From Basidioascus undulatus (lineage: Eukaryota), in contig JTLS01000038.1 of assembly GCA_000826855.1 (NCBI GenBank), forward strand, positions 1-39,131: a DNA stretch of 39,131 nt, written 5' to 3'. Under the pieces are notes generated by a model. The model had not been told where the DNA came from. It saw only the letters and a list, made by a program, of their open reading frames with translations, and made no database searches. Positions 12,621 through 25,204 of the stretch are shown here, piece by piece. Each line of letters opens with the position of its first letter. The first letter of the stretch is position 1. Position numbers and translations under genes: made by a program.

Positions 12621-14603
12621 CTATCCCTCCGTGCCCATCTCCCCCTCCCTCGTCTCCTCCCCCTCCCCCTCCGCCTTCGCCTGCTTCAACCTCCTCACAA
12701 CATGCCCCCACAAACTCTCCGCCAGCGCCCCTCCCTCCCTATCGCCCTCAAGCCACTGCATCTTCACCCTCCCACTCCTCTTCCCCTCCACCTCCTCTCC
12801 CACCTCACCCACCTCACTAACCACAAACCTGCACCGCACCCTCTCCCTCACCTCCACCCCGCCCCGTCTCCGCGCAGCGCGGGACCAGCTGTCGCCCCTC
12901 ACGTCCACCTCCACCACGCCGGCGTCCTGAGAATCGGGGTGTGACAGCGTGAGTGAGGGGAGGGCAGAGAGGGTGGCGAGGAGGACGGAGGACGCGGAGG
13001 AGGGCGAGAGCGGGAGGGCGGGCGTGGTGTGTGTTGTTGGGGCGGGAAGGGAAGCGCGGAGGGACTTGGATGGGGGGCGGGCGAGGGCCTGCGCGGCGGA
13101 GGGATGAGTGGCGAGAGGGGAGGAAGGGGAGGAGGGACGCACGGGGGGAAGACGCTGCGGAAGGAAGGACCATGCGACCGCCCAACGCCGCGTCGAGGCC
13201 TGGACGAATTCGCCGAGGGCGTAGTTGTCAATCTGTCCTTGTGCGTTCAGATCAAATTTGGTAGTTTGGGAAAAGAAGAAGGAAGTAGGACGAAGGAAGG
13301 GAAATAGACGGACTTCCTTCTCCCGCAAGTACGCAACCACCTCACCCACGCTCGACAGCTTCCCGAGCAGGGTGGAGTACCACCGCACGCTGCACCGCAG
13401 GCGCAGGCTCTCGTTTATCATTCGCTTCGCGAAGGATACTTCCCCGCCGGGGGTGATCATTTCGTGCGGGGAGGCGGTGCAGGCCTGGTCCTCGCACGAA
13501 GTGAGGTCAGATGGTGGTGGGAAGGGGATGGGGATGAGGATGCGATCGAATGAAGAAGGAAAGGGGAAGAAAAGGGGAATGCGGAAGGAGACCCACGGCA
13601 TGCGGGCCTAGCTCCTTGCCCTCGGCTGAGCGCGATATGTCCGATGCGGAGGAGTAGAAGGGCGGGTTGCAGATGGCGAAGTCGAGGCTGTCCAAGCGTA
13701 TTCCTAGGATTAAACAAAGCAAAGAGAACATGGAGTGGAGAAGTAGTGGGAGATGAAAACGTGACCCACGTCGGCTGCAGTTCAAACAGCGTCGGGGGAA
13801 AGATGGGCCCCGCCGCGTCAGTGTGCACGAGCTGGATCCGGTCGGCGAGGTTGTTGAAAGCGACGTTGGCGCGCGCGTGGTGCAGGGAGGTGGTGTCAAT
13901 GTCTGTGTCCGCATTGGGAGATCAGGGGTTGTTGGGGAGGGGTAGGGCAGGGAGACACACCGGTGCCGTAGAAGGAGACGGAGGGGGAGAGTCGGCAGCC
14001 GAGCAGCGGGTAGATGGGGATTGAGCCGGTGCCTCTGCGGTTGGGGAATGTGAGTCGGGAGAAGGAAAGGAGGGTGGGGGGATGGGAGATGGGGACTTGC
14101 ACGTCTACCCCCACCCACGGCGCGCTGCGGTCTGGCCGCGTGTAGTCCACGATGTCCTGGATCCAGAGGAGGTAGTCGAGGCGGTTGGGGACCTGCGCCC
14201 TACACTCTCATGAGCACATCCAAACGTGCAACTCAGTGCACGCTTACTCACCGCAGGACATAGCCGATCCTCCGGGATGGTAACATGCAGCTGGAAATCA
14301 ACGAGGAGCAGTGCCCTCGTCAACTCCCTGTCCACCCACGCACTCCCTCATTAGTTCCCTACCCCTGCCACATCTATACACACACACACACCTCAGTGCA
14401 TTCGGATCCTGAAAGTCCAGCGTCGATCCCTTCCCCCCCGGTAGCTTCTTGAGTCTGCGCAACGAACAGGAGAGACAATGAGCTCATCGATCGGGGACGA
14501 AGGCGATGTGAGCGAGCACGGACAGTCGAGCGAGGGGAGGATGTGCGGCTGCGAGGGCCTCGAAGTTTGGAGGATTGGCGGAGTAGCGATTCCGAGGGTG
14601 CAT
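12621..14603 (-). CDS. METTL16: METTL16/Mtl16-family U6 snRNA m6A methyltransferase (Methyltransf_10/RlmF-like)
   Basis: MHPRNRY..PPNFEALA, LTRALLLVDFQL..RLCPAVPNRLDYLLWI, motif I DVGTGSIPIYPLLG, GTDID, catalytic CNPPFY, EMITPGGEVSF, WYSTLLGKLSS, EFVQASTRRWAVAWSF. Confidence 0.92.
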
Positions 14604-14806
14604 GGCGGTCAGTGTGCGAGACGGGGGAGAGTGACTGGAGATGGGCGAAGGGCAAGAGGGAAGACGCGTCCAAGTCGCGTGTGGAACTGAGAGCGCCGCT
14701 TGGCGTTCGACCGCCATCATCCACCGCACTCTACACTTCCTTTCCCATTAATCGACAGCAATTCATCAAGTCCACACAGATTCTACGGACACTTGTTCAC
14801 GCACCC
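14604..14806. promoter_or_regulatory. Compact bidirectional promoter and 5' UTRs shared by METTL16 and HRQ1
   Basis: Divergent ATGs at 14603 (-) and 14807 (+) have only 203 bp between them. Confidence 0.6.
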
Positions 14807-17800
14807 ATGCCCTCCCGCGCTCAACGCGCCCACCTCGTCCGGCACTCCGACCCCGTCCCGCCAAAGCCCCGCCTCAAGCGCAGCGCTTCCTCCGCCTCGG
14901 GGTCCAGTGCGGGCCCAGCGCCCAAGAAGGGCCGGGGGAAGGGAAAGGGAAAGGAGAAGGAGGTAGAGCTTCCTAAGGTGGAGTGGCCGAAGCACTTTGT
15001 CGAGCTGGAGAAGACGTTCAAGGTGCGTGCGAGGCGGTTGCCGCTGGTGGGGCTGGGGCGGGAGACTGAGCTTAAGGAGGGAGGTAGGCGTTGAATACGG
15101 TCATTGCGTTCTGTTCGACTAGAAGGACTATCGCGGTTACCTTCAACCAGATCATCAGCAGCGTGGAGGGACTGTTGAAGAGGTGCGCCGTCGGCTCCCA
15201 CTTTCCCTCTTCTCGCGCTGATTCCCTCTCCAGACCTCTCGAGCTGTTCGAAGTAGCGCAGATCAAGTGCGCTTCTCTTTCTACTACCCTCTCCCACACC
15301 GCCCACTCATGCCCACCTCCAGAGCCCTCCTCCCCGACATCGTCCGCTTCGCCTACATCGAGCACGCCCTCATCCGCGTGCACCTCGACTCCTTCTCCGC
15401 CTCCTCCTCTGGAAAAGGCAAGGGCAAAGCAAAGGAGGACGTTTACGCGCCACCCGAGGAGCGTGATCCCGACGCGCCGGACCATGTCCTTATCCTCGAG
15501 TTCACGGACGGGAAGCGGGCGCCGCCGAAGTGCGTCTGACGCCCTTTGTCTCGAGGACTGGGAAAGCTCTGATCTTGGTTGGGTCGAGGGCACAGGAAGG
15601 ACGCCGCCCCCGAATCGTTCTCCCACCACATCCCCGTCTCCCCCGCCGAGACGCTCAAGCTCATCGCCAAGCGCAACGAGCGCTTCGAAACCGCCGTGAA
15701 CGAGTGCGCCGCCCTTCCGCCTCTCACCGTACGCTCGCACTCAATCGTCCCCGCTCCATAGACTCCTCGCTGCCACCCAGAACACGCCGGACGACCCCGT
15801 CGAGCTCCTCCTCTCCGCCGCGGCAGACCACCTCCCCGTGCAGCCAGCCTCCGCCTCGAAAAAGGCGCCCGCCGCCAAAGCGCCGGCGCGCATCCCGGGC
15901 GTGGGCCAGCGCGCCAGCGTGGAAGCGCTCATTGAGGAGTGTGAAGCGCAGGAGTGGTACAAGGACCAGATACTGCATCGGGAAGTGTTTGAGGCGCGGG
16001 AGCCGACGTGGGGTGCTTCTTGCTCCGCCGGGGAGGTGAGAGACAGAGAGCTGATGAGGTGGAGAGGCAGGGGAGATAGAGGAGGAGATACCGGAGTCGG
16101 TCAAGGACGCGCTGATGTCCATGCGGGGCGTCGTGCGTCCCTTCCCCTCACCATCACACGCTCTCTTCTCCGCTCATACTCTGCCCCGCAGGACCGCCTC
16201 TACTCGCACCAAGCCCGCGCGATCGCGCACCTCGCCTCCGGCAAAAGCGTGATCGTCTCGACGTCCACCGCGTCTGGCAAGTCGCTCGTGTACATGGTGC
16301 GTCCCGTTCCCCTCTCACCCTCCCTCTCTGCGACCTTCTGAAATGAACGCGGGGCCGGACAGGTTCCCGTTCTCCGCGCGCTTTTGCTTGACAGAAACGT
16401 AACCGCATTCTTCATCTACCCGACCAAGGCGCTCGCGCAGGATCAGAAGGGCGCGGTGCGCGGGTTGGTCCAGGCCGTCGAGGGGCTGGGGGAGGTCATG
16501 GTGCGTAGCCCCACCGCCTCCTCTTCCTCTTCCTTTCGCTTTTCTTTTCCCTTTTCTGGATCGGCAACTGACTTAAACTTGTTTGGTAGGTGGAGACTTT
16601 CGACGGCGACACACCGAGGGAGAGCAGAGATACCGTACGCGAGGTGCGCGTGAATCGGTAGAGGTAGAGGAGGAAGATGAGGCTGATGCTTTTGTGGCGA
16701 GGAAGGTTTCTTCGGTTATCTTTACCAACTTTGATACGCTCCACCACTCCATCCTCCCCCGCGAGGACAGCTGGCGGCGCTTCTTGGGCAATCTGCGCTA
16801 CGTCGGTACGTCTCCAGGCAGTTCCTAGCTGCCTAGCAGCTGGACAGCTGACTAATTTTGACCTCCAACGCTCAGTCGTCGATGAGCTGCATTATTACAA
16901 TGGCGTGCACGGCACGTGAGTGGACCGCTGTGTTTGCGGGGCTGACACGAGACTGATGAGAGGGAGAGCTTTGCAGCCATGCGGCCCTCATTATGCGGAG
17001 GTTGAGGAGACTGTGTGCGGCGATGGGCAGTACGTCCTCCGTTTGTTCAGTGGACAGAGGGATCGAGCTTATTGAGCGGAGCCGCAGACACCAGCGTACA
17101 GTTCGTCTCGGCTTCAGCGACGATCGGGAATCCCATCGTGCGTCTTGCTCCTCTGTGCAGGCATGCGTACGCCACGCTGATTCTTTGGCAATTTCAGGAG
17201 GTCGGCTTGAGCTGCAGTGCCTTTACTATGCAAGAACAGCGCGCGGCTAACGCTTACGACACCGCAGCACTTCGAGAAGATCTTTGGCGTGCCGAACGTC
17301 CAGCTGGTAGACGAGGACGGGTCTCCCTCAGGCCGTAAAGTGGGACTTCTACCTCTTCTTCAGCATCCTTTACGCAAGCCTCACCTCATCTACACACAGG
17401 ACTTCCTCATCTGGAAGCCGCCCCTAATCGACGAGCTCCAGCCCACCGGCCCGCGCGTGAGCCCCCTCGCCGAGGCGTCCCAGCTGCTCCGCTTCCTTGT
17501 TGCACGCGGGACAAGGACGATCGTTTTTTGCAAGGTGCGCTCATGTTCTATCAGACCTCCCTAAAGCATACCACCCGCTGATAGTATCCCTGTTGGTGGG
17601 ATGGACGCGTGTACAGCATCGGAAAGTCTGCGAGCATCTGATGAAGACCGTCCGCGCAGACTTGACGACCGAGGGGAGGACGGACATCGCCCCCAGGATC
17701 ATGTCGTATCGCGGGGGATACAACCAGGCGGTGCGTCTTGCGCTTTGCATGAACTGCTCGACCGCTGACACGTTGGGGAACCAGGATCGCCGCAGGATCG

Positions 17801-20049
17801 AACAGGAGCTGTTTACGGGCCATCTGCTGGGTGAGTTTCTGTGAGGGGGAGACGGAGCCGTGAAGCTGACTGACTGGTTGAATGTGTAGGCGTCATCGCG
17901 ACGAGCGCACTGGAACTTGGTATCGACGTCGGCTCGCTCGACGCTGTCATCTGCCTTGGTTTTCCGTACAGCCTCGCTAGCCTGGTAAGTCTTGGTTTCT
18001 TTCCTCTTGAAAGGAGCGATTTTACCGCTGACAACGTTCACAGCGCCAACAAACAGGCCGGGCGGGGCGGACAAAGGCCGACTCACTCGCCGTGCTCATC
18101 GCCGAGCAGCTTCCGCTCGACAGCTTCTACGCTGCGCATCCGAAGAAGCTGTTCACTCGGGTAAGCTGAGCTCGTACTCGCGCGCGCCAGGAAAAAGGGA
18201 TCACAGCTGAGCTTCTTTCTCCCTTTCCGCAGCCGCCGAGCGACCTCGTCGTCGACCTCTCCAACGAAGTCGTCCTCGAGTCGCACCTCCAATGCGCCGC
18301 CGACGAACTCCCCGTCTCGCTCACCGAGGACGTCCCTTACTTCGGCGACGCCCTCCCGCGCATCGCGAGGGACAAGCTCGAGCCCGACGCCGAGGGGTGG
18401 TACCACACCAACGCACGCTTTAAGCCGTTCCCCGCGCAGCACGTCTCCATCCGCGGCGGCGTCGAGGCCGGGTACACAGTGTACACTGTGGGCGCGGACA
18501 GGACCGGCAGGAAGGTCGAGCGCGTGTTGGAGGTCGTGGAGGACTCGAGGGCGGTGTTTGAGGTACGCACGCTGCCCGCCGCGTGGTCTGCGCACGGATA
18601 CTGACGAGATCTTCGCGTTGATGAAGCTTTACGAGGGCGGCGTAGTACGGCCTCCTCCTTCTTTCGCGAATGGGGCCGATAAAGCTGAGGCTTGGAACAA
18701 TACCCGATCAGTTCATGAACGCCGGCTTCACGCACGAGATCCTCGAAGTCTCGCATGACGAGAAGACCGCGCGGGTCCGGCAGGTAGACGTGAACTGGAC
18801 TACAACGCCTCGGTGCACAGCCTCCCTGCCGCTCAGTCCGTGGGTTTACAGCTGACCTCGCTAGCGTGCAGGGACTTCACGTGCGTCTTTTTCCGGACTG
18901 GGAATCGGGAGGCGAGCGAGGCTAACTCCTCGATCATGCAGAGATATCGACCCAATCGAGACGTACCGCGTACGCGCAATCCGAGATTCTGCGTCCACGG
19001 CTTACTATGGCAAGATCCGGTTGCGGACGGTCGTGTTTGGGTGAACCCTCATTTTTCGTGGCAGTCTGGAGACCCGTCTCACTCTCCTCACGCTCGCCAG
19101 ATTCTTCAAACTTCGGTACGTTGTTCCGCACTCTGTCGCTTTCAGCGCGAGAACCCTTGCTGATAACGCTGCTGATGCAGACACTTCACCATCCTTGACG
19201 TCGTCGACCTCGACACGCCTCCGTACGAGCGCTACACGAAGGGCTTGTGGCTAGACGTTCCAGTCAACGCGCTTCACTTGATGACGATGAAGAACATCAA
19301 TCCTGCAGAGGTATTCGACCGTCAGTCCTAGCTGGTACAGCGGACATAACTGACTGCTTGATCTCTTCAGGCCATCCAAGCTGCGCAGTACGCCCTCCTC
19401 AGCCTGACGCCGCTCTACTCGATGTCATCGTCGGGCGACATTCGCACAGAAGAGAAGAACGCGCAGAAGGAGTACGCGAAGCGAGAGTCCCAGCGCAAAC
19501 GTCCTGCTCGGTACGCGGCTTTAAGCTTTAACTCGGGTTCAGTCGACGCTGACAGGCTGTGGCAATTACAGCCTCATCTTATTTGACGCAGCAGGCAGCA
19601 ATAGCGGCGTCTGCGCCAAGGCGTTCGACCATATCTCTGCGCTGCTGCACAGGGCACTACAGGTTCTCGAAGACTGCCCTTGCGAGCATGGCTGTCCTTC
19701 TTGTATGTCGGGCGCACTCGTTTGATCAGCCGGGAGCGAAGGCGGCTAACGAGCATGTTTTGCAGGCATCTACATCTCCCAGAAGGACGACAGCGTCCCC
19801 GGGAGCAAGTTCGGCGCACTCGTCGTTCTGTCCGCACTCGCCGGCAGACCGATGGACCCCGACTCGGTGCCTGATCAACTTGACAAGTTGGATCCGCGCA
19901 CACCGGGCGAGACGTGCGTTGCTTTCATATGTTGGCGTTCTGTCACGTTGCACTGACATTCGGGTCGTTGTGTCGTCGACAGCGTCGTCCCCGCTGAAGC
20001 GCTGGATGCAGAGGGCATTGTTGTGGAGGAGCCGGATGTCGATGATTGA
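14807..20049 (+). CDS. HRQ1: RecQ4-family ATP-dependent DNA helicase with C-terminal DUF1998 Zn-binding domain
   Basis: Highly intron-fragmented. LYSHQARAI, Walker A TSTASGKS, YPTKALAQDQ, VVDELHYY, SATIGNP, TIVFCK, YRGGY, ATSALELGIDVG, QQTGRGGR, RDFTDIDPIET, and CPCEHGCPSC near the C-terminus. Last exon ends EEPDVDD*. Confidence 0.93.
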
Positions 20050-21726
20050 TGGAGCCTAGTAGAGGACGCTCGATGTTCATAGTTCGCAGCTTGAGGTCGC
20101 CAGCAGTTCGTGGCGGCTAATGTGATGACGGTGACATTGGCGAGCGGCCTCGAGTCGAACCTTCCCGTCGCACGGTCGGTTTGTCCTGATAATGAAAAGG
20201 GTATACTGTTTCAAGCGGTTTGAACATGTCTTGATGTCTTTTTTCTCTTCGAGTCAGCTTAGCCAGAGTGTGTCCAGCAACGGGAGTGCAAGTGGTCGAA
20301 AGCACAGCTCCTCGCTTTGCTGTGTCAGCAGCGTACTTCCCGCTACGGCATGATTATCTCTATGGAAACGTAACATGCAAGTCGTCTAGAAACGGTCAGG
20401 ACGATGGAGTCCTGTACGTAAGTGGATAAATAAATCAGAGACTACATGAATGGATAAATGAATCAAAGGCAAATGTGGCAAGACCGGAGAGTACGAGCGC
20501 GCTGGGGTGGCAAGAGCGTGATTATGGTGTACAGTGCTAAAAAGTGCAGAGTATTGGAAGGAACAAAGGAAATAATAAAGTACGGAACATGGGGAAACGA
20601 CGAGAAGCAGGCTACTAAGAGGGGGAAAGAAAGGAAACTAGGCGATAGCGGTGCTCTTGACCTTGGTCTTTGGCCATCACCACCTGTGCGCTTCACGGGC
20701 TCCTTCCCAAATTCAAAGCACCCGGTGAGCTTTACCCCTCCATCGTCTCCATGAAGCTCCCTCTCACGACTGTGCTCCCCATGCAGCAGAATCATGAGCA
20801 GCGACTAGACTGGGGACTCGAACCAGAAGCTTGTGCAGCAGGTCAAGGTGCCATCGTATAGTGAGTGCGCCGTCTCGCTGGTGGTGTTAAGGCAAAGAGA
20901 TTTGTTCTGATGGATCCGGGGGCTCCGCGATCGCCTACGCTGTTGCTCTCCAGCGCGCCCTCCCCTCGCCGGTCACGAGCGGATCGCTATATCATCCTCG
21001 AGCTCGCTTTCGCCCTGTTCCTGGTCCTCTGGTCGTGCGAAGTCCGCATGGCTGTCCATCAAAGACATCTTCCACCCTAGCTCGTCCACGACGGCAGGGA
21101 GGCCTTCGTCCTGTCGGCGTGCCACGCGCTCGCCGGGGCCATTCCTCTCTACACTCTGCTGGGGTATGTCGCTCTGCGTTTCAATTTCCCTGACCAAGAA
21201 GCCACCTGATGATTCTTGCTTACAGCCCTCTTCAATTTCGGGAGCGCCGTCGGGCCGGCGCATGCGTAGCAGGCCGCGAAGCTCCCGCACACAACTGCCA
21301 CACTCGCCGCGCCTTCGACGACCCCGGCTCCGTCAGTATCTCCTTACTTTTGAACGAGTCCCTTTTTAATTGAGCCTCAAAGGGTCTTCCCATGTGTAGG
21401 GCATTCCGAACTTCGGCGTCGCGCTCGTCCCCTAGAGAGCATGCTCATCGCTCGCCTGTCCGGCGCTATCGATTCGAATGGTGGCGTTGGACTGATAGTG
21501 CTGGTGCCGCCCGTCACAGACGGATTATATGGCTCGGGTATCGTTTGGGGATGTGCGCTGGGGTATACACGCTCGACGCTGTGGTGAGCTGGCTCGGCTT
21601 TTGACGTCCTGCTTGCTGACTATAGATTGAAGCTCCATATCCCCTTCAACTTTACTATTGATTGAAGAACACTGTACTAAAACTGTAATTGAAACACACT
21701 TCATCTTTCCTCCGACTCTCTTGACC

Positions 21727-21820
21727 GCACGCGCTCGCAAGTTCCTCCTCACGCATCTCGAACATCGCTCGCTCTCGTTGTCGCACATTTTGTCCCTCCG
21801 TGCATACCTTTCGCATTCGC
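21727..21820 (-). pseudogene. Degenerate Zn(II)2Cys6 binuclear-cluster remnant
   Basis: CERYARRDKMCDNESERCSRCVRRNLRA follows Cx2Cx6Cx6Cx2Cx6C spacing, but Cys2 is Tyr and Cys6 is Ala. Confidence 0.45.
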
Positions 21821-22225
21821 AATTTTCAATCATCTTTCGAGACCAGCTACATGTTCCGTCGATGAGGGGATAGTCTCGGCACCTAGATTTTCTCCGTCAT
21901 TCGCTGTCCATGAAAGTGCAGGAGCTCCAATTGGTTTTCTCTTTTCTTTTTCTTTTTCCCGTTTATCTTCTCACAAGCGGAAAAGGACAGCTGTGTGCGC
22001 TTGCGTGGGCAGTCCAAATTGTGCAGACTGCAGCTGTCGCGTTGACCTCGGGCGCGTTTGAGTTTCATCTCCGCGCGACGCGTGCCTGCAGGCTGTGCTG
22101 CCTTCCTTATCGCGAGCTCAGTGACTCGGCGATCCCTGCCTCTGCCCGGACCACCATCACCCTCCAGCACCTCCCACCTCCTTCCCATCCTTTTTCCACC
22201 CTTCAACCCCAAATCCCCTTGCACA

Positions 22226-23280
22226 ATGCCCGACCCCGCGCCCAAGAAGCTGATTTTCTACGACCTCGTCCCACGCCCGGGCGGGCCGCTCTTCTCCCCC
22301 AACACATGGAAGACGCGTCTCGCGCTGCTGCACAAGCGCGTGGAGTTCGAGACGCGCGAGCTGAGCTTGACGGAGCTGCGTGGGGAGATGAAGGAGCGGA
22401 CGGGGTGGGAGAGACCGCTTGGTGGGTGGTTCGTTCCTAGAGCTGGAAGCCGAGGGAGGCTGATATGGGAGGGAGATGGGGGATAGTGCCGATTATCGAG
22501 ACACCTGAGGGGGAGTTCATCAGTGACTCGCTTGCGATTTCCGAGTGCGTACCTTCTCCACACTTTTCACCATCCACTCCTCACCTCTCCCGCACAGGTA
22601 TCTCGAGACCCACTACCCGACCTCCGGCCCGTCGCTCTTCCTGCCCTCCACGCCGTCCCCCTCCCCGGATGCGCTCGCGTCCGCCCGGAACTTCGCCCGA
22701 CTCTTCGACGCCGGCTTCGGCTCGTCCGACGCGCAGTGGTCGACGTGGTTCGAGCTCGCTGCGCCGGGGCTGGCGGAGTTGTTTGAGGGGGAGGAGAAGG
22801 AGTACTTCGTTAGTGATGCGAAGCTCGGGGAGAAGGACGGGTGGCGGAAGATCGTTGAGCTGCCGAGGGGTGCGTATCCTCCCTTTCCCCTTTTCTTTAT
22901 TTCATGAAGTGCCCAGCTAACGCCTTGTACGGATCACGCGAGCAGCTCCCCTCCTCGCGCGCGCCCGCGCTTCCCTCCTCCCTCTCCGCAGCCTCCTCAC
23001 CTCCTCCTCCTTCCTCGCGTCCCCCACCCACCCCGGCATGATCGACTACATCGCCTTCGGCCGCTTTGCGATGTGCGTGTCCGCCGAGGGGGGGCTCGAC
23101 CGTGCGCGGCGGGAGGGAGAGGCGGCGCGTGTTTGGGTCGAGGAGGTTGGGGGGTGGGTGGACAGGGTACGTGATGAGAACGGGTTGAGTGACGGACTAA
23201 GCTGACCTGGTTGCGGTGGGAATACACAGATGCTTGAGCTCGGTGGGGGGGAGGTGAAGGAGCTGCTTGGCAGGCAGTAA
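22226..23280 (+). CDS. Glutathione S-transferase, GSTFuA/LigE(beta-etherase)-like type
   Basis: MPDPAPKKLIFYDL..FSPNTWKTRLALLHKRVEF, cis-Pro loop VPIIE, ISDSLAISEYLETHYP, PGMIDYIAFG. Four short introns. Confidence 0.88.
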
Positions 23281-24101
23281 GGGGTGGGTGACGAACGTTG
23301 AGAAGAGTAGAGGATTCGCGGACGGACTGTTTTCCTTGTTTTTCTCAAGGGTTGATGGTACCGGTTCAACGGATTTCCACAACTGCTGTATGCGGAATCG
23401 AAAGCCTCGTGCAAGTATTGTCACGCAGCCTGCTCCTGCGTGATGGACCGACGCCTTCCTACATGAGTGTCTGGCTGACGGCGTCTTGCTACTGGAAAAA
23501 GATCGGAAAGAAGTACTTTTGACAATGTATCCGGCTGGAAGGGGGGAAAGACATCCAGCTTGGCGAGAGGGCGGATTAGCACACTGTGACGGCTTCGAGA
23601 CGCTGATCTCTTCGCAGTACAGTTTTCGGACAGTAGTTCTCTGCATTCTGCGGCGGTTTTACCAAGAAAAGGATGTTTCCTCACAGCTGCACACCCCAGA
23701 TGCAAAGATGTGAAACGTGAGGGTGACGACTGGTGCGGTCGCTGCAGAATAACTGCGTTTGACTGTTGACAGCTTTCAGCTTCTTTTCACAGCCAAATAT
23801 ATAAGTGATACTTTCTCTTTCATCCTATACCATCTCGTTAAATAGAAGAAAGTACCGGTAGTGTGCTGGACGCGCCTGAGCGCCCACCATCCCATCCGAT
23901 CCGCGCTCAACGGCGAGCATGCGCCTGGCAACGCCCGCCATGAGCCGGCTGTCAGCCTGGGTTGCCCTCGGGCATCATTGGCAATCCGTGCGCTGGCACG
24001 TTCGCCATCGCCCTGCCCATCAGCCCACTTTGCAATTCTATCTCTTGCGTTCTCTGCCAGTCTCTTCCTCATCCGCTCCTCCTCGACCCAACTCACCCGC
24101 C

Positions 24102-25204
24102 ATGCCCCTAACCGCTTCCTGGAAGCCGCTCTCGCTCGCGCCCTCCGCGTCCCAAGCACTCACGCGCTCCTCCCAAGCGCTCATCGCATACGGCGGGAAG
24201 GCGTACATCTTCGGGGGCGAGCTGAAGCCGCGCACGCCCGTGGACGGCGCGCTGCACACGCTCGACCTCCAGTCCGGCGCGCTGCAGAGCGTGGAGGTCA
24301 GCGCCGGCGAGGGGCCGGCGCCGGTCCCTCGCGTGGGCGCGGCGCTTGCTCGCGTGGGCGAGGCGCTGTATCTCTGGGGCGGGCGCGGGGGGAAAGAGAT
24401 GAAGCCTTTGGAGGGGGACTTGTGGAAGTACGCGCTGGGGGGAGGTGGGAAGTGGGAGAGGCTTGAGACGACGGGGGACAACCCCGAGGAGAGGAGCTTC
24501 CACGTTCTGACTGGCATCGAGCCTGTGCGTCTTCTCTTCCCTTTCCTCCTCCGGATAGCATTGACGCTGCCACCCGACAGCACACGCTCTACCTGCATGC
24601 CGGCTGCCCTGCCTCCGGACGCCTCTCCACGCTGCACGCGCTCGACCTCCGCACGCTGACCTGGCGGTCGCTCGCGCCCGCGCCGGGCCCGGCTCGGGGT
24701 GGAACGGTGCTTGCCTCTCTCCCCTCCGTCGGGCGCGCGGGTTCGCTTGTCCGCTTCGGGGGGTTCGCAGGGTACGAGCTCGGCGGCCCGCTGGACGTGT
24801 ACGACATCGCTTCGGACGCGTGGGAGTCCGTCCAGCCGGCGGGGGAGGCGCCCGCGCCTCGCTCCGTCCACGCGCTGCTCGGCGTTCCCCCCACACAGAC
24901 GAAGGACGGCACGGAGCTCGTGGCGGTCATGTTTGGCGGGGAGCGAGACCCTGCGCCTGCGGAGCTCGGGCACGACGGCGCGGGGTTCTTCCACTCCGAT
25001 GTGTGGGGGCTGAAGCGCACTGCCGGGGGCGACTGGAGCTGGGAGAAGGCAGTTGCGAAAGATGGGAACGGGCAGCCCCAGGCGAGAGGGTGGTTCGCTG
25101 CGGACGTAGTTGAGAAGACGGGGGAGGTCGTCGTCCAGGGTGGACTGAATGAGAAGAACGAACGCATCGGGGACGCTTGGGTTCTGAGGGTCGAGGAGGC
25201 TTGA
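24102..25204 (+). CDS. Kelch beta-propeller protein resembling plant nitrile-specifier proteins
   Basis: One intron at 24525-24580. Kelch blades: RSSQ..YIFGGELKP, PRVG..LYLWGGR, RSFH..LYLHAGC, RGG..FGGFAGYELG, PRSVH..FGGERDP..LGHDGAG, RGWFA..VQGGLNEKNERIGD. The blade order resembles Arabidopsis NSP5 as I recall it. Confidence 0.85.
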
